A DNA stretch of 61,911 nt, the filler included, from Cladosporium halotolerans (lineage: Eukaryota), in the NCBI RefSeq assembly GCF_011745625.1. It is 6 parts of 6 records of this genome, joined end to end, with 100 filler letters (N's around TTAATTAATTAA, not from the genome) between each part and the next. Parts side by side here need not be neighbours in the genome. Positions count along the whole stretch, not along the records: positions 1 to 10,587 come from NW_027191594.1; positions 10,688 to 21,170 come from NW_027191595.1; 4 more parts are not named here. One strand, 5' to 3'. Below are positions 1-10,786 of this stretch, in pieces. Below the pieces are notes generated by a model. It was not told the DNA's origin and did no database searches. It saw only the letters and a list, made by a program, of their open reading frames with translations. How positions within the stretch are numbered: the first letter of the stretch is position 1; every line of letters begins with the position of its first letter. Made by a program: the position numbers and the translations under genes.

Positions 1-52
1 TGTGTTTACGTCAAGATGTAATAGTGCGAAGGTGATGGTCACGACGCGAAAG

Positions 53-644
53 CAGTGTGCACGAGCCAGGGATGTGCACGAGTCAGGGAAGACTTCTACA
101 AAGCCGAACGTCAACCACAGCAGACTTCCTATCTCATTCTGAACCTCACCGTCGTTACCGCATTAGGAAGTCTGCAGTGCCTTTGTCGTTAGTATAATGC
201 CTGCGCGGCTGCCGGCGCATGTCACAGAGCGGATTAGGGCCTTCTTAGACGATACTGACCTGAGCTGCTCTGCAATAGCCCTTGAAGTAGGGGTCTGGTC
301 GCGTACCATTGAAAGGATCCGGCTGCACTTCGATCTACCCAATGCACCTTATGCGCCAGTATTTGTGCGTAGAGGTCGGCCACGGAAGCTGACGAAGGCG
401 CAGGAGGATGTAACTGAGCATTCATATATGTGCAGTAGCTCCTGACCATCGCTAGTTCATCCTTGCTTAGCTCTCCGACCGACCGACTGCCTATCTTGAT
501 GAGGTGGCTCTCGCTGTATACGACCAGCACGACGTTACGATAACAACACAGACGGTGGTAAATATTCTACACCAAAGGCAGTGGTCGCGAAAGGTGGCTA
601 AGCAAAGGACCCTACAGGCTCGCGCGGATCTCAGAGCCCTATTT
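53..644 (+). mobile_element. Tc1/mariner-like DNA transposon, 5' part only (putative TIR plus intron-containing transposase N-terminus), truncated by a LINE
   Basis: Begins CAGTG with two 17-bp direct repeats (TGTGCACGAGCCAGGGA 56-72, TGTGCACGAGTCAGGGA 73-89). Exon 197-409 has an HTH and RRGRPRKLT; intron 410-455 (GT..CTGAC..TAG); exon 2 reads DRPTAYLDEVALAVYDQHDV..LHQRQWSRKV with an in-frame TAG at 468-470. No TA directly before 53 and no DDE domain. Confidence 0.65.
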
Positions 645-995
645 ATGACGATGATGATGATGATGAACTTTATTCCGCCCGGCGCTAAGCACCTAAAGGG
701 CAACGCACTATTTACGTCTCAAAGTTTACGTCCTATCTTGGTGGGGTTGAAACAAAGCTCCCAAACTCATTGTCCTTCACCATTGAAGTCAAGCCATCGA
801 CATGTATTTCTCTCACTTTGGAAGGCTCGTGATTACTGGTCGGCGGGTGTTCTTGAAGATGTGTTTCCAAGTGTTCATCGTCCTATCCTCAGCAGATGAA
901 GCGGGGGCCTGCCGTGTGCACGAGTGTGCTTAGGGTGGGGTGGTGTTCGTGGTTAGTAGGGTACGGGTTTCCCAGTCGTCGTCGTCATTCGGTAT

Positions 996-3900
996 CTACC
1001 TCTTCGTCTGCCTTCGCGTGCTGGTGTCTCGTTCGAATCGTTTGGTAGCCAGGGTGAAGCGGATCACAGCTCGCACTGCATCCATGTCCGGGCTCCAATC
1101 GTCGGAATCTGTGAGGGCTTTGCCTCCAAGCAGACGGGAGAGGTCGTCTTCGCTTGCCCGTACGCCCAAGATCTCCCGCTGCTTGCTCCACCTAGCACAA
1201 CGAAGGATGAAGTGCTCTCTCGACTCGGCTGCCTCGCCACATTCACAGAGATTCGTTTCCACTGCTTTGATCCTTTGCAGGTACCCGTTCAACGGCGTCA
1301 TGCCTGTGCGGAGTTGCGCGAGAACGCTCGCCTGCCTCTTGCTGAGCCCGTCGTATATGCGCCGAGTGTGACTGCCAGGCCACGCAGCGTCAATACTACG
1401 CACGCTTTCCCCGAATGTCGTCGGCGTCCGCGAGGTCGCTAGGCTCAGGCGCTGCTGGGCATTTCGAACCATACTTTTGGTCAGTCTCGGTCGGTCTTTG
1501 GCCACTCGTCCCTCATCTGTGGACCGCTGCGCAAGCTGTTTTGCCTTTTGCCCGAGCTCGAAAATCGAGCTCACAGGGGCCCACGCAAACACTACGTGGA
1601 TGGCGAACCCTTCCAGGAATCTTACATGTTTCAAAGTCGCACCGATGATCCATTGTCTGGTCCGTTTGGTGGGAGCTCTCAAAGTAATTAAAACGGTACG
1701 GTTGTTGGTGAACACGCGGACGGTCTGGCCGTGTACTCGCGCCGACAAGGTCCCCGCATACTCCGCGCCGACGACCGAACCCAGTCCCGCCTCGATGGAG
1801 GCCAGAGCGGCTGTGTAGGCATCACTCTGCCCGCTGGTGCCCAGCGTCTTGTCGTACTCGCGTAGCTCAGTGTGGTTCCTTGTCCCGTCCACGCTCTCGA
1901 TGGCGCCTCCGAAGCCGACCAGCTGGTTCCTGACCGACGCGCTGGTGGCGATGTGTATGCCCTGCGTCCCTTGAGCCCGCGCGGCCGCCTGCACGCCGTC
2001 GTCTGCGTCGTCGACATATTCGAGTCGTGCGTTCCACGGCGCCGAGACGTACGGCTGAGTTGCCTCGAGCTCATCCAAAGGTGCACCGCGGGCGTACTCT
2101 GCGATTTTCTGCATGGGTGACACGAACCTTTCGCAGGTCCGACGCCTGGCCACCTGCGCGAGAGGGTGCGTGGCGGGCATGCTGTGGAGGTCGACCCACA
2201 TATTCAATGCTTTTCGTTTGTGCCGTCCTTCTATTGTGGGCAGGTTGGCTTCTGCCTCTGCCACCGCCGTGCCGACCGTCTGGAAGCAGCCGACCACTGC
2301 CTGTCCACCGATCCTCTGCACTCGCTTGAGCACTCTCTCTGCGCTGGCCCTCCTGGCGTGGGTCCATACTGAGGATGCGTAGTCGACCACCGGTGCCACT
2401 GTCGCGTTGAACAGCTTGCGCGTCACGGGCGGCGAGAGTCCTCGCAGCCGCTTCAACGCCATGGCCGCCTGCAGCCCCTTCGTCGCAGCGCGGGCCGCGT
2501 GTTCTTGGTAGCGCAGTCGTGAGTCCATCACCAAGCCCAGGATCTTGACGCTGGGCGTGGGCCGTATCCCCTCCCCTTTGACGGTGATCGGTTCTTCTGC
2601 GGACTGATTAGTGTTGTTCCTCGTGAAGTGGGTGAAAGCGGTCTTGTCTCCTTCAAAGGACGCCCCGCTTCTGCTCTCCCACTCGGTCGCTCGTTGTACG
2701 ATAGCCTGAAGCCGATCGATGTTCTCTGCGGCGGTCTTGCCCACGACCCACGCGGTGTAATCGTCCACGAAAGCGATCGCCCCACCGTTCTGGTCGATTC
2801 TTTGCTGCACAAGGTCCGCGTTGAAGAAGAGAAACAAGATCGGAGACAAAGGGGAACCTTGCGGCAGCCCAGCTTGTTCGAGTGCTCTCACACCCGATGC
2901 CTGGCCGTTCACCACGATCGTGGCCGTGCGTTCGGAGCAGAAGGCGTCGGTCCACTTCACCAGGTCTGAGGGGATGCCCCTGGCCTGGAGCCGCTGCAGC
3001 AGTCTGTCTTTGTAGACCCCGTTGTAGGCGCCTTTCACATCGAAACTGATTAGGCTCACCACTCTCTTGTTCCGCCAAGCTGTGCAAATGTGCTCCTGGA
3101 GGAGCAGCAGTGCCTGCTCCGCCGATCTCTGCTTCTTAGCGCCAAAGTGGTTGGCTGGCAGCAGGCCGTAGGTCTCGACCGCAAACGATATCCTCTCCGC
3201 AACGACTGCCTCCAGCAACTTCCCCAGCGTCGATAGCAGTGAGATGGGCCTCCACGCCTTCGCCAGGGTGTAGTCGTTCTTGTTAGGCTTCTTGAGCGGG
3301 ATAATCTTTGCGACTTTCCATTGCTGAGGGATCACTCCTGTGTCTAGGGAAGTTTGAAACAGGTGGCGGACACTCTCACTCACGGCCGGCCATACTCGTC
3401 TCCACACGCCGGCCGGGATTCCGTCTTCCCCTGCTGCCTTCCACGGTTTGGTCTTCATGAGACAGCTCTCAATCTCCTCTCCGGTCAGCTGCGGCATCGC
3501 AACAGCAGTTCTTTGAGGCCTGTCACCTTCCTCCTCTATATTCTCAGGCAGTGGCGGGAAGAAGGTCGCGAGCAGCTGCTCAGCCTGCTCCGCAGTGTTC
3601 CTCGTGAGTGATCCATCCGCCTTTCGTAAGGGTGGGATTCTCGACCAGCTGGACCCTTGGTCTGGCTGCAGATACCGTGTTGCCTTCCAGATGTTGGCAT
3701 CATCCGCCAGGAAGTCATCCCAGTGCGTCCGTTGTTGTCTGTGTATAGCATCGTGGTACTCTTTAGACGCCGCTCGAGCCTGCTGTTCCAGTGTCGGCAA
3801 GGCCTGTCCACCGCGTCGCTGAGCTCGAGCTCTATTCCTCCAGTAAGTGTACACCCGCCGGAGCTTCGTCAGATCCTGAGTCCACCATCGCTTCGCGTAC

Positions 3901-4812
3901 GGGCAAGGCTCAGCCCTGGGCGTCAGCGCGTGGACGGCATCTTGCACAGCGTGCGTCAGGCGGTCCGCTTGCTCCTTGAACCGTGGAGTCCGGGCGTTGT
4001 TGCTGCAATGTTCGAGCCGTCCGTTCCCGGATCTCCTTCCATGGAGCGTTCTTGTACAGTAGACGTGGCTCGACAACGTGCTCCAGGAGGTCGACGTCGA
4101 ATGTCGTCTCGATTGCACGGTGGTCAGACCCATGCTCTGTGTCGTGGATCTTGCACTTCACCACACTAGCTGCCAGCTCCTGTGATGCCAACATCAGATC
4201 GATCGTCGTCGCGTACCTACTGTCCTGCCATGTCTTGGTACCTCGAGGCAGCAAGCTCTCGAGGCTCCATTCCCCCATGAAGTCGATGATCGGGTCTGCC
4301 TCGCCTTGACGCTGCGACAGCACCTCGTCTCCGCCCCACAATTGGTCATGGCGGTTGAAGTCCCCGGCAATAACCAAGTCGAGGCGCGGCCCACCGCGAT
4401 GTCCAGCGCTGCGGATTGCCTCGCGGAGAAGGTCCACTGTTTGAGACAGCGCCGACGCATTGCCGCCCTCGACATACACTGATGCCACCAGTACTGATCG
4501 ATCTGGCAGACGCAGTAGCGCCACCGTGAGATCCGCTGACGGCACCTCGACTTGTTCACATTCGATGTCTCTGCGCACCCAAAGCATGCTACGGATCGCC
4601 CACCTCCCGTGGTGCCTTTCGCTGGGCAGGATGGCCGTCCAGCCTTGGTGCCCCATCGGGCTCGTTGTTAACTTCCCATCCATCTCGAAAACGTGTGGTT
4701 CGCTAACCATCAAAGCTGCGTACTCTTTCAAACTAACATCGTTCATCATGCTGTGCTGCACGTTGCGCTGCTTCTGCACATTCAGTTGCAAGAACCTCAT
4801 CAACCTAGACAT
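996..4812 (-). pseudogene. LINE ORF2 (APE endonuclease, reverse transcriptase, degenerate RNase H, zinc knuckle) with one frameshift
   Basis: Probable ATG at 4812 (MSRLMRFLQLNVQK). Motifs AGDFN and GSDH (EN); WRPISLL, QGSPLSP, FVDD (RT); CECGEAAESREHFILRC. One extra base near 3974-3975 splits it into ORFs 3910-5022 and 996-4133. Confidence 0.93.
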
Positions 4813-6292
4813 TAGCCGCTGGATAAAGGATCCGACATTGGCGGCTAGACGATTCGTGTGGTCCGTCGCACACCGCACACTTTGGACTGTCCGCCTGGCA
4901 TTCGCTGTGACGGTGGCCTGGTTGAGCGCACCTGCTGCACATCTGGGGTTTGGTACACGAAAACGCCCTGTGGCCAAGCCCCAGACACTTGAAGCACTGC
5001 ATCGGTCCGCGTCTGGGCTCAAATGCTCGGGTGAAAGCTGACTCCCCGTCCACGTTGAAGTACTGGCCGTCTAGGAGCCTCGCTGCGTCGGCGCACTTCG
5101 TCACATACACGACCATAGACCCGTACGCCTTCGGCGAATCCTTCCGGCTGAGCCACGACAGTTTGGCAATTTGCACCTCGTTCCCTTTCTCCATCAATTC
5201 CGTCGCACCTACCCGCAGCTCTCCATTCTCATCCAGCACCGCCGTCCTGCACGCGTTGTCCACCTTGACGGGGTACCATTGATCGCGCAGCACGCGCGCT
5301 CCGCTCGCCTTCGCCCTCTCGGCCACCACCTTGACCCGAGCCAACTCCTCTTCGTCCCGGCAGGTGATGCGAATGCGGCCGGAGTTGCGAAGGTCCCTCG
5401 TCACCGCCACACATCGCCACCCGCTTCCCCCATCACCCTTTCTCATGCCTTCCTCGACCTCCTGTCTGATCGTGCTAGCATTCGCCCTGCCCCTCTCCTC
5501 CTCTTCAACGTTGGACACATCCACTGTGCAGTACAGTTTGTCAGTCAAAGTTGATGGGGTTGTCTGATTGGAGAGCGTCCTCAGGTTACTCGGGTGACTG
5601 CCTGGTGGGGTGCGCGCGACGTTGGCGTACGACGGATTTGGGCTAGATGCTTGATTGCTCGACGGTTGAATGCTAGATAGCTGCTTTTCGACGATGGCTC
5701 TGACCTGCTCCTGGACGATAGATGTGACCTGCTGCTGGACTATGGTAGTAACCTGCTGTTGAACGATCGCAGTGACCTTCTCCGTAACAATGTTCATGAC
5801 CTCTCGCTGCACGATACTTTGGACTTCTTGCTTCACAATACTCTTGACCTCTTGCTGCACCACCTCCTTGACCTCCCGACGAACTACCCCACTCACCTGC
5901 TGTTGCACGGCGCTCTTGACCTCGTCCCTAATAGCCTCTACAATCTCGCGTTGTACGGTGGCCTTCAATTGCTCTTGAACAATGTCCCTTACTTCTTCCG
6001 ATACGGTCTCTTTTACTTGTCCGATGTCCGGTACTTGTTCGATGGCCTCCTGAACGAGGGCGAAGCGCTCGTCAACAGATTCGCGCACGCCGGCAATGGC
6101 CTTCAAAACAGTGTCCAGCCGAGACTCCGAAGTTTCGCTGCTGTTCCCTGATGCTTTAGACAGAGCTGTCTCCTTTGCCAATATTCCCCGGTACAGTTTC
6201 CGATAGTCGACCTCGGTGCGTGAGACGCGTTGTCGGCTTGGACGCGTCAACGCGGGCGATGCGCCCTCGTCCGGCTGCGACGGCGGGCGCAC
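4805..6292 (-). CDS. LINE ORF1 gag-like protein, 495 aa
   Basis: Coiled-coil V-x-x-I-V-Q-Q repeats and three C-terminal knuckles (CFKCLGLGHRAFSC, CSRCAQPGHRHSEC, CAVCDGPHESSSRQC). Its stop overlaps the ORF2 start by 8 nt. Confidence 0.93.
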   Translation of the reverse strand: MRPPSQPDEGASPALTRPSRQRVSRTEVDYRKLYRGILAKETALSKASGNSSETSESRLDTVLKAIAGVRESVDERFALVQEAIEQVPDIGQVKETVSEEVRDIVQEQLKATVQREIVEAIRDEVKSAVQQQVSGVVRREVKEVVQQEVKSIVKQEVQSIVQREVMNIVTEKVTAIVQQQVTTIVQQQVTSIVQEQVRAIVEKQLSSIQPSSNQASSPNPSYANVARTPPGSHPSNLRTLSNQTTPSTLTDKLYCTVDVSNVEEEERGRANASTIRQEVEEGMRKGDGGSGWRCVAVTRDLRNSGRIRITCRDEEELARVKVVAERAKASGARVLRDQWYPVKVDNACRTAVLDENGELRVGATELMEKGNEVQIAKLSWLSRKDSPKAYGSMVVYVTKCADAARLLDGQYFNVDGESAFTRAFEPRRGPMQCFKCLGLGHRAFSCTKPQMCSRCAQPGHRHSECQADSPKCAVCDGPHESSSRQCRILYPAANV

Positions 6293-6405
6293 AGCGGCAG
6301 CCTTTAACAGGTGCGCCTAGAAGACACAATATCTACGTGATGAATAGCTTTTTCTTCAATAAATTCAACAACCAGAGAAAATCCGCCCGGGCGTTCATAT
6401 CTGTA

Positions 6406-8250
6406 ACGTGGCTCATCAGTACCCCGCGCACTTTCCCGACGCCACACCATGCTCCAGCTTCAACACGCCATATCATTACAACAGACGATGCGGGACCGAA
6501 ACATTGAAGCACGAGTCATCTTGGCTACTGATGCTATCCAGAAAACGAATAAGCTAAGCCGCCGGGCTGCTGCAAAGCTCTATAATGTGCCCGAAACAAC
6601 CCTCCGCGACAGAATGAGTGGCGCGACTCCGATTGCCGAACGTCGGCCCTCTGTTCAGGTTCTGACCGCGCTCGAAGAAGTAGCAGTAGTCCAGTATATA
6701 CTGGACTTGGACGCGCGAGGATTTCCACCCTCACTGGAGGACGTGAGGGAGATGGCAAATCGCATCCTCGCGTCGCGGGGCACACGACGCGTCGGAAAAC
6801 AGTGGCCTCGTCGCTTCGTTCGGCGAAGGGAGGAACTCCGCACGCGGTATTCGCGCGCCTACGACTTCCAGCGGGCCCTTTGTGAAGACCCTGATCTTGT
6901 AGGCGCGTGGTTTCGCCTGTTTTTCATCATGAAAAGCAAATTTGGCATCCTCGACTGCGATCTGTACAACTTCGACGAGACAGGCTTCATGATGGGTGTC
7001 ATATGCCCTTCGATGGCCGTTACACGTTCTGATCGGCGTGGGAGAGGCAAGGCTGTGCAGCCTGGCAACGGGGAATGGGCGACCGCGATTGCCTGCATCA
7101 GTGGTGACGGTTTCGATGTGCCCCCATTTCTACTCGTCAAAGGCGCCTGTCACCTGGCGAATTGGTACTCCGAGGGTGATCTCCCCGACTCCTGGGTCAT
7201 CAAACCCACTTCCAACGGGTGGACGGATAATGAAACAGGCCTAGACTGGATCAAACACTTCGATAAGCATACCAGAGCGCGCACGAAGGGTAGTCATCAG
7301 ATGCTAATACTTGACGGGCACGGGAGCCATCAGTCGGTCGAGTTCGAAGCTTACTGTAAGGATCACAGCATTGTCCTTGTTTGCCTCCCACCTCATTCCT
7401 CCCACATCACTCAGTCGCTTGATATCGGGCTCCTCAGTTCTCTCAAAAGTGCTTACGGCAAAGAAATTGGGACTTTCATCCGGGCACACATCAATCACAT
7501 CACTAAGGTAGAATTCTTTCTGGCATTTCGCGCGGCGTATAAAGCTTCTATGACTGCGAACAACATTGCCGGGGGTTTCCGTGGGGCTGGTCTTGTCCCA
7601 TTTGATCCGCAAGTTGTACTTTCTAGGCTTGATGTGAAGCTGCGAACCCCAACGCCGATAAGATCTCCAGCGGCCGAGGCCAATCCTTGGGTCTCTCAGA
7701 CACCTCACAACCCCACCGAAGCCATCTCACAGTCCGAGCTGGTGAAGTCTCAGATCAGTGGTCACCAGGGTAGTTCTCCAACACCTATTTTCTCGGCCGT
7801 TAGGCAGATGGCGAAGGGAATCGAGGCGATGGCCCACTCGGTGACCCTTCTGACTGCAGAGAACCGCACTCTACAGAAGGCCAACCAAGCCCTTAGCAGG
7901 CGGCGGAGGGCTAAGAAAACCCGTGTCCGACATGGAGGCGCGCTTACCGCGCAGAGTGCGAGAGGAATCTTGGCTCAGAAGCACAGAGAAGGGCAGCAAG
8001 GGCAAGGTGCAGTTGAAAAGCAGTGCCGCAGCAGTGAAGGGCTGGTGTCAATTCCTCGCTGCCGCAAGTGCGGAAAGCCAGGTCATAATATAAGAACGTG
8101 CCAATTCGAAGTAGAGCTACCTACTGCCTAGGTTACGAGCATGTTCTGATCAATATGAGCGTCCGTGGTCGTGAATTTGGTCATTGAAGTGCGGCCACGT
8201 CGAGAAAGTGCGCGGGATACTGGTATGCGCGGGGTACTGATGAGCCACGT
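6406..8250 (+). mobile_element. Complete Fot1/pogo-like DNA transposon, 1845 bp
   Basis: TIR ACGTGGCTCATCAGTACCCCGCGCA at 6406-6430 and its reverse complement at 8226-8250; TA on both sides (6404-6405, 8251-8252); intact transposase. Confidence 0.97.
6449..8131 (+). CDS. pogo/Fot1 transposase (HTH, CENP-B-type HTH, DDE, C-terminal CCHC)
   Basis: Motifs YNFDETGF, NGWTDNE, LILDGHGSH, PPHSSHITQSLDIG, CRKCGKPGHNIRTC; uninterrupted. The true start may be the ATG at 6488. Confidence 0.95.
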   Translation: MLQLQHAISLQQTMRDRNIEARVILATDAIQKTNKLSRRAAAKLYNVPETTLRDRMSGATPIAERRPSVQVLTALEEVAVVQYILDLDARGFPPSLEDVREMANRILASRGTRRVGKQWPRRFVRRREELRTRYSRAYDFQRALCEDPDLVGAWFRLFFIMKSKFGILDCDLYNFDETGFMMGVICPSMAVTRSDRRGRGKAVQPGNGEWATAIACISGDGFDVPPFLLVKGACHLANWYSEGDLPDSWVIKPTSNGWTDNETGLDWIKHFDKHTRARTKGSHQMLILDGHGSHQSVEFEAYCKDHSIVLVCLPPHSSHITQSLDIGLLSSLKSAYGKEIGTFIRAHINHITKVEFFLAFRAAYKASMTANNIAGGFRGAGLVPFDPQVVLSRLDVKLRTPTPIRSPAAEANPWVSQTPHNPTEAISQSELVKSQISGHQGSSPTPIFSAVRQMAKGIEAMAHSVTLLTAENRTLQKANQALSRRRRAKKTRVRHGGALTAQSARGILAQKHREGQQGQGAVEKQCRSSEGLVSIPRCRKCGKPGHNIRTCQFEVELPTA

Positions 8251-8252
8251 TA

Positions 8253-9320
8253 CTTAAAAATACGAGAATCTAATAACCGTTGCCGAACTCACCAAGAGCG
8301 CATGGGAGCCATGTTCGCAAAACCTAGGCAGATCTATGCTGCTGTTTTCCGGCCGGTACTAACATACAGGTGCCCCGTGTGGTTCTCCCCGGAGACGAAC
8401 GAGCCAACCGAAATAAACAGATCTACTCCACTTCACACTCTGCAGAACAAGTGCCTCAGAACTATCACCGTTGCATATAAAACAATGGACGTCCAAGTCC
8501 AGAGCATGAGACGAGCATCCCGCCCTTAAACCTCCACCCCGAATTGTTGGCGGTCAACTATGTTCGAAGAACGGAAAACATTGCGGGTGACCGCGCTGTG
8601 TAACAAACCTGCAAGGCTACCAATCAATGGGCCCAGCGCCGCTTTCGGACGAAAGGCAACATCCCTGTAAGACATTCCGACCAGTTCCGAAGGAGAGCTA
8701 GGTCGATACAACAGCAATCGTGCCTGGCCGGGGTGGCGGAGCAAAACGGCTATGAAGAGGGAGCTCGAAGAGGTTCGGAAGGCCAGATGGATCAAGTACC
8801 AGGAACAAACGTGTGCACTAGCGAACGATCACAGCAACGTAGCGATCGCAGGACTTGAACTCGAGGGTTGCGGAAGGAGGAGACTCTGACGAAGGTCGAA
8901 AGCACAGTCGCAACGCTGCTACGAACCGAACTGATGGGCTTGAATGGTTACCTGTTTCGACCGCGGGTACGCGGATACTAAAAGCCAGACTGCGGGTGTG
9001 GCTGGCCGCGATATACTCCGAAACATATCATTCTTTTCTGTCCTACACACACGCCAAAACGTACAGATATGCTGGTAGAGCAAATACGACCGACTACACG
9101 AAGCTACTGTTGACTGAGGCGGGTTTACGCACGGTAACGAGATGATCCCCGCAACGGGAAATCCTCACCCAGTTCTCGCTGGCAAGGACAGATGCGAACC
9201 AAGGCAAAGGGGGCGAAGGACGGAACTTTATATGGATGAGGATGACGGCGAGCGCTGACGCGCATGTGAGGCACACAGCTACCGCTTACTGTATCATAGA
9301 CTCACTGGAGAAAGGGCAGT
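8253..9320 (+). pseudogene. Degenerate LINE ORF2 3' fragment
   Basis: RQIYAAVFRPVLTYRCPVWF and LQNKCLRTI (RT thumb region), then in a shifted frame LRTELMGLNGYL..DCGCGWPRYTPKHIILFC. Many frameshifts. Confidence 0.75.
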
Positions 9321-9477
9321 TGCCATTGCAGAGGAAGGAGTCTTCACCTGGGCTACTGCTGCGATTTACCTCTACTATATCATACATAGTAACGGCCCGC
9401 ATGGACCCGCAAGGGAGCTACACCGGGATAACGGAATATCATATCATACCAAGTCAACCAACTTGCATCGTACTTTG

Positions 9478-9790
9478 AGCACAACATCGTTCTTTGTCGC
9501 CTTCATTCTCACATATCCCATAGATTACAGCACGGCGATGTGGGTACATTCGAAACCTTAAAAGCTGCCTACTGCGAACTAATAGAGCATTTCCAACAGC
9601 GCGGTGCGAACACGGTGAACAACGAACACTCTATTTTCTTGTATCGCCATGCCCGCGAGATCGCTTCGACGGCCCGTGATATCATTTCCATATACGTACA
9701 TGGAGCCAAGACCTGGATTATTCTTCGTAAACCAATGAACCCCGTTCTGGTGCTCGTGAATATCTGCCGGCCGAGCCCGGTTGGATCCTT
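9478..9790 (+). pseudogene. pogo transposase DDE C-terminal relic
   Basis: HNIVLCRLHSHISHRLQHGDVGTFETLKAAY resembles the LPxHxSHxLQPLDVGxFxPLKxAY motif. Confidence 0.7.
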
Positions 9791-10067
9791 AACTGTCTTG
9801 GATGTTGAAGGCTACTACATATCCTCCCAGCAATACTGACCATGCGGGTGATGTGCAGGCAAGCGGATACGGGATGGGAAGTTGGTCTCGGTGCCTCTGC
9901 CAACGCTTAATGTCGCAATACAAGTTTATTGTGGTTATAGGTCGAGGAAGCGCTTGAGGAAGCAACGCAGTGTTCCAGACAAGGGCAGATTCTTGAATTG
10001 ACCTCCACAATTGACTACCTTGTAACAAACGTGGCGCATTTCGAAGAACCACCAAGTATCCTGGAGA

Positions 10068-10587
10068 CTATAACCACAGATCGCTCATGTAGTGCTTCAA
10101 ATCATCCTCCAGTGGTCCGCTCAAAGTCTTTGGCCGCTCATTTTCAAGCATCGAGATCTCTGACTGTATGATGACTCCAACGTTCCATACCCGATCTTCT
10201 GCCGTATCTTTCTCCAAAAGCTGCCGGAACTCTTCACTGTAAACCCCAAGAGCTAGAGGCGCAGCGTCATGAGGTCCGACCTTGACGCGAAGTTGCTCAA
10301 GTAGCTTTCCACGGGCCAATTCCGCAGCTTTCTTATCAACATAAAGTACACCCGACAGCATACTCGGGGACGTGAAGACAGACCAAGGCAGTGCACCCAT
10401 GGGGGCATTGAAGGCGCTCCGGTTGTTGTAACAACCACCTTCTTCTTTGTCTGAGTAGGCAAGGTCCCTACGGACATTACCGCCGTTCTCAGATATCATC
10501 TCAGCCCCAAACACTCTCGTTCCAGTTTGCTGAAAAGCCATGCAGATACCGCAAAGCGCAGAGCCATTCCCCATGATGGCGATCACG
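10068..10587 (-). CDS. Divergent serine racemase / threonine dehydratase-like protein (PLP fold II), C-terminal part cut by the gap
   Basis: TGTRVFGAE, PMGALPWSVF, PLALGVYSEEFRQLLEK and WNVGVII resemble fungal serine racemase C-terminal motifs. The glycine loop reads GNGSA and the terminal SGGN is absent. Confidence 0.65.
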
Positions 10588-10687
10588 NNNNNNNNNNNNN
10601 NNNNNNNNNNNNNNNNNNNNNNNNNNNNNNNTTAATTAATTAANNNNNNNNNNNNNNNNNNNNNNNNNNNNNNNNNNNNNNNNNNNN
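10588..10687. other. Artificial contig spacer (N44-TTAATTAATTAA-N44)
   Basis: 100-bp N run with an all-frame stop linker. Confidence 0.99.
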
Positions 10688-10786
10688 AGTGGTTTCCAAT
10701 GGTCATTTTGGTTCACGAAATCTCGTAAAGTGGTTGGTTCGGTTTTGACCCCAAAACCGTAACCAACCGAACCAATAAGTTCACTG
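10688..10786 (-). mobile_element. hAT-like transposon terminus
   Basis: Minus strand starts CAGTGAACTTATTGGTTCGGTTGG, with GGTT/AACC subterminal repeats in both orientations. Similar to the CAGTGATGTTGTTGGGTCGGTT termini at 51766 and 61815. Confidence 0.65.

Larger units (their letters stand above)
645..6403 (-). mobile_element. Near full-length Tad1-clade LINE retrotransposon with (CAT)n 3' tail
   Basis: gag-like ORF1, EN-RT-RNaseH-like-CCHC ORF2, 3' UTR ending in (CAT)n at 645-666. The 5' boundary is approximate because it abuts the pogo TIR. Confidence 0.95.

Noticed and set aside
56..89. 17-bp repeats (also in other TIRs) as a CRISPR-like array
   Set aside because: Only two adjacent units and no spacers; they are transposon TIR sub-repeats in eukaryotic DNA.
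10632..10643. Repeated TTAATTAATTAA palindrome
   Set aside because: Assembly linker embedded in N runs; not biological.
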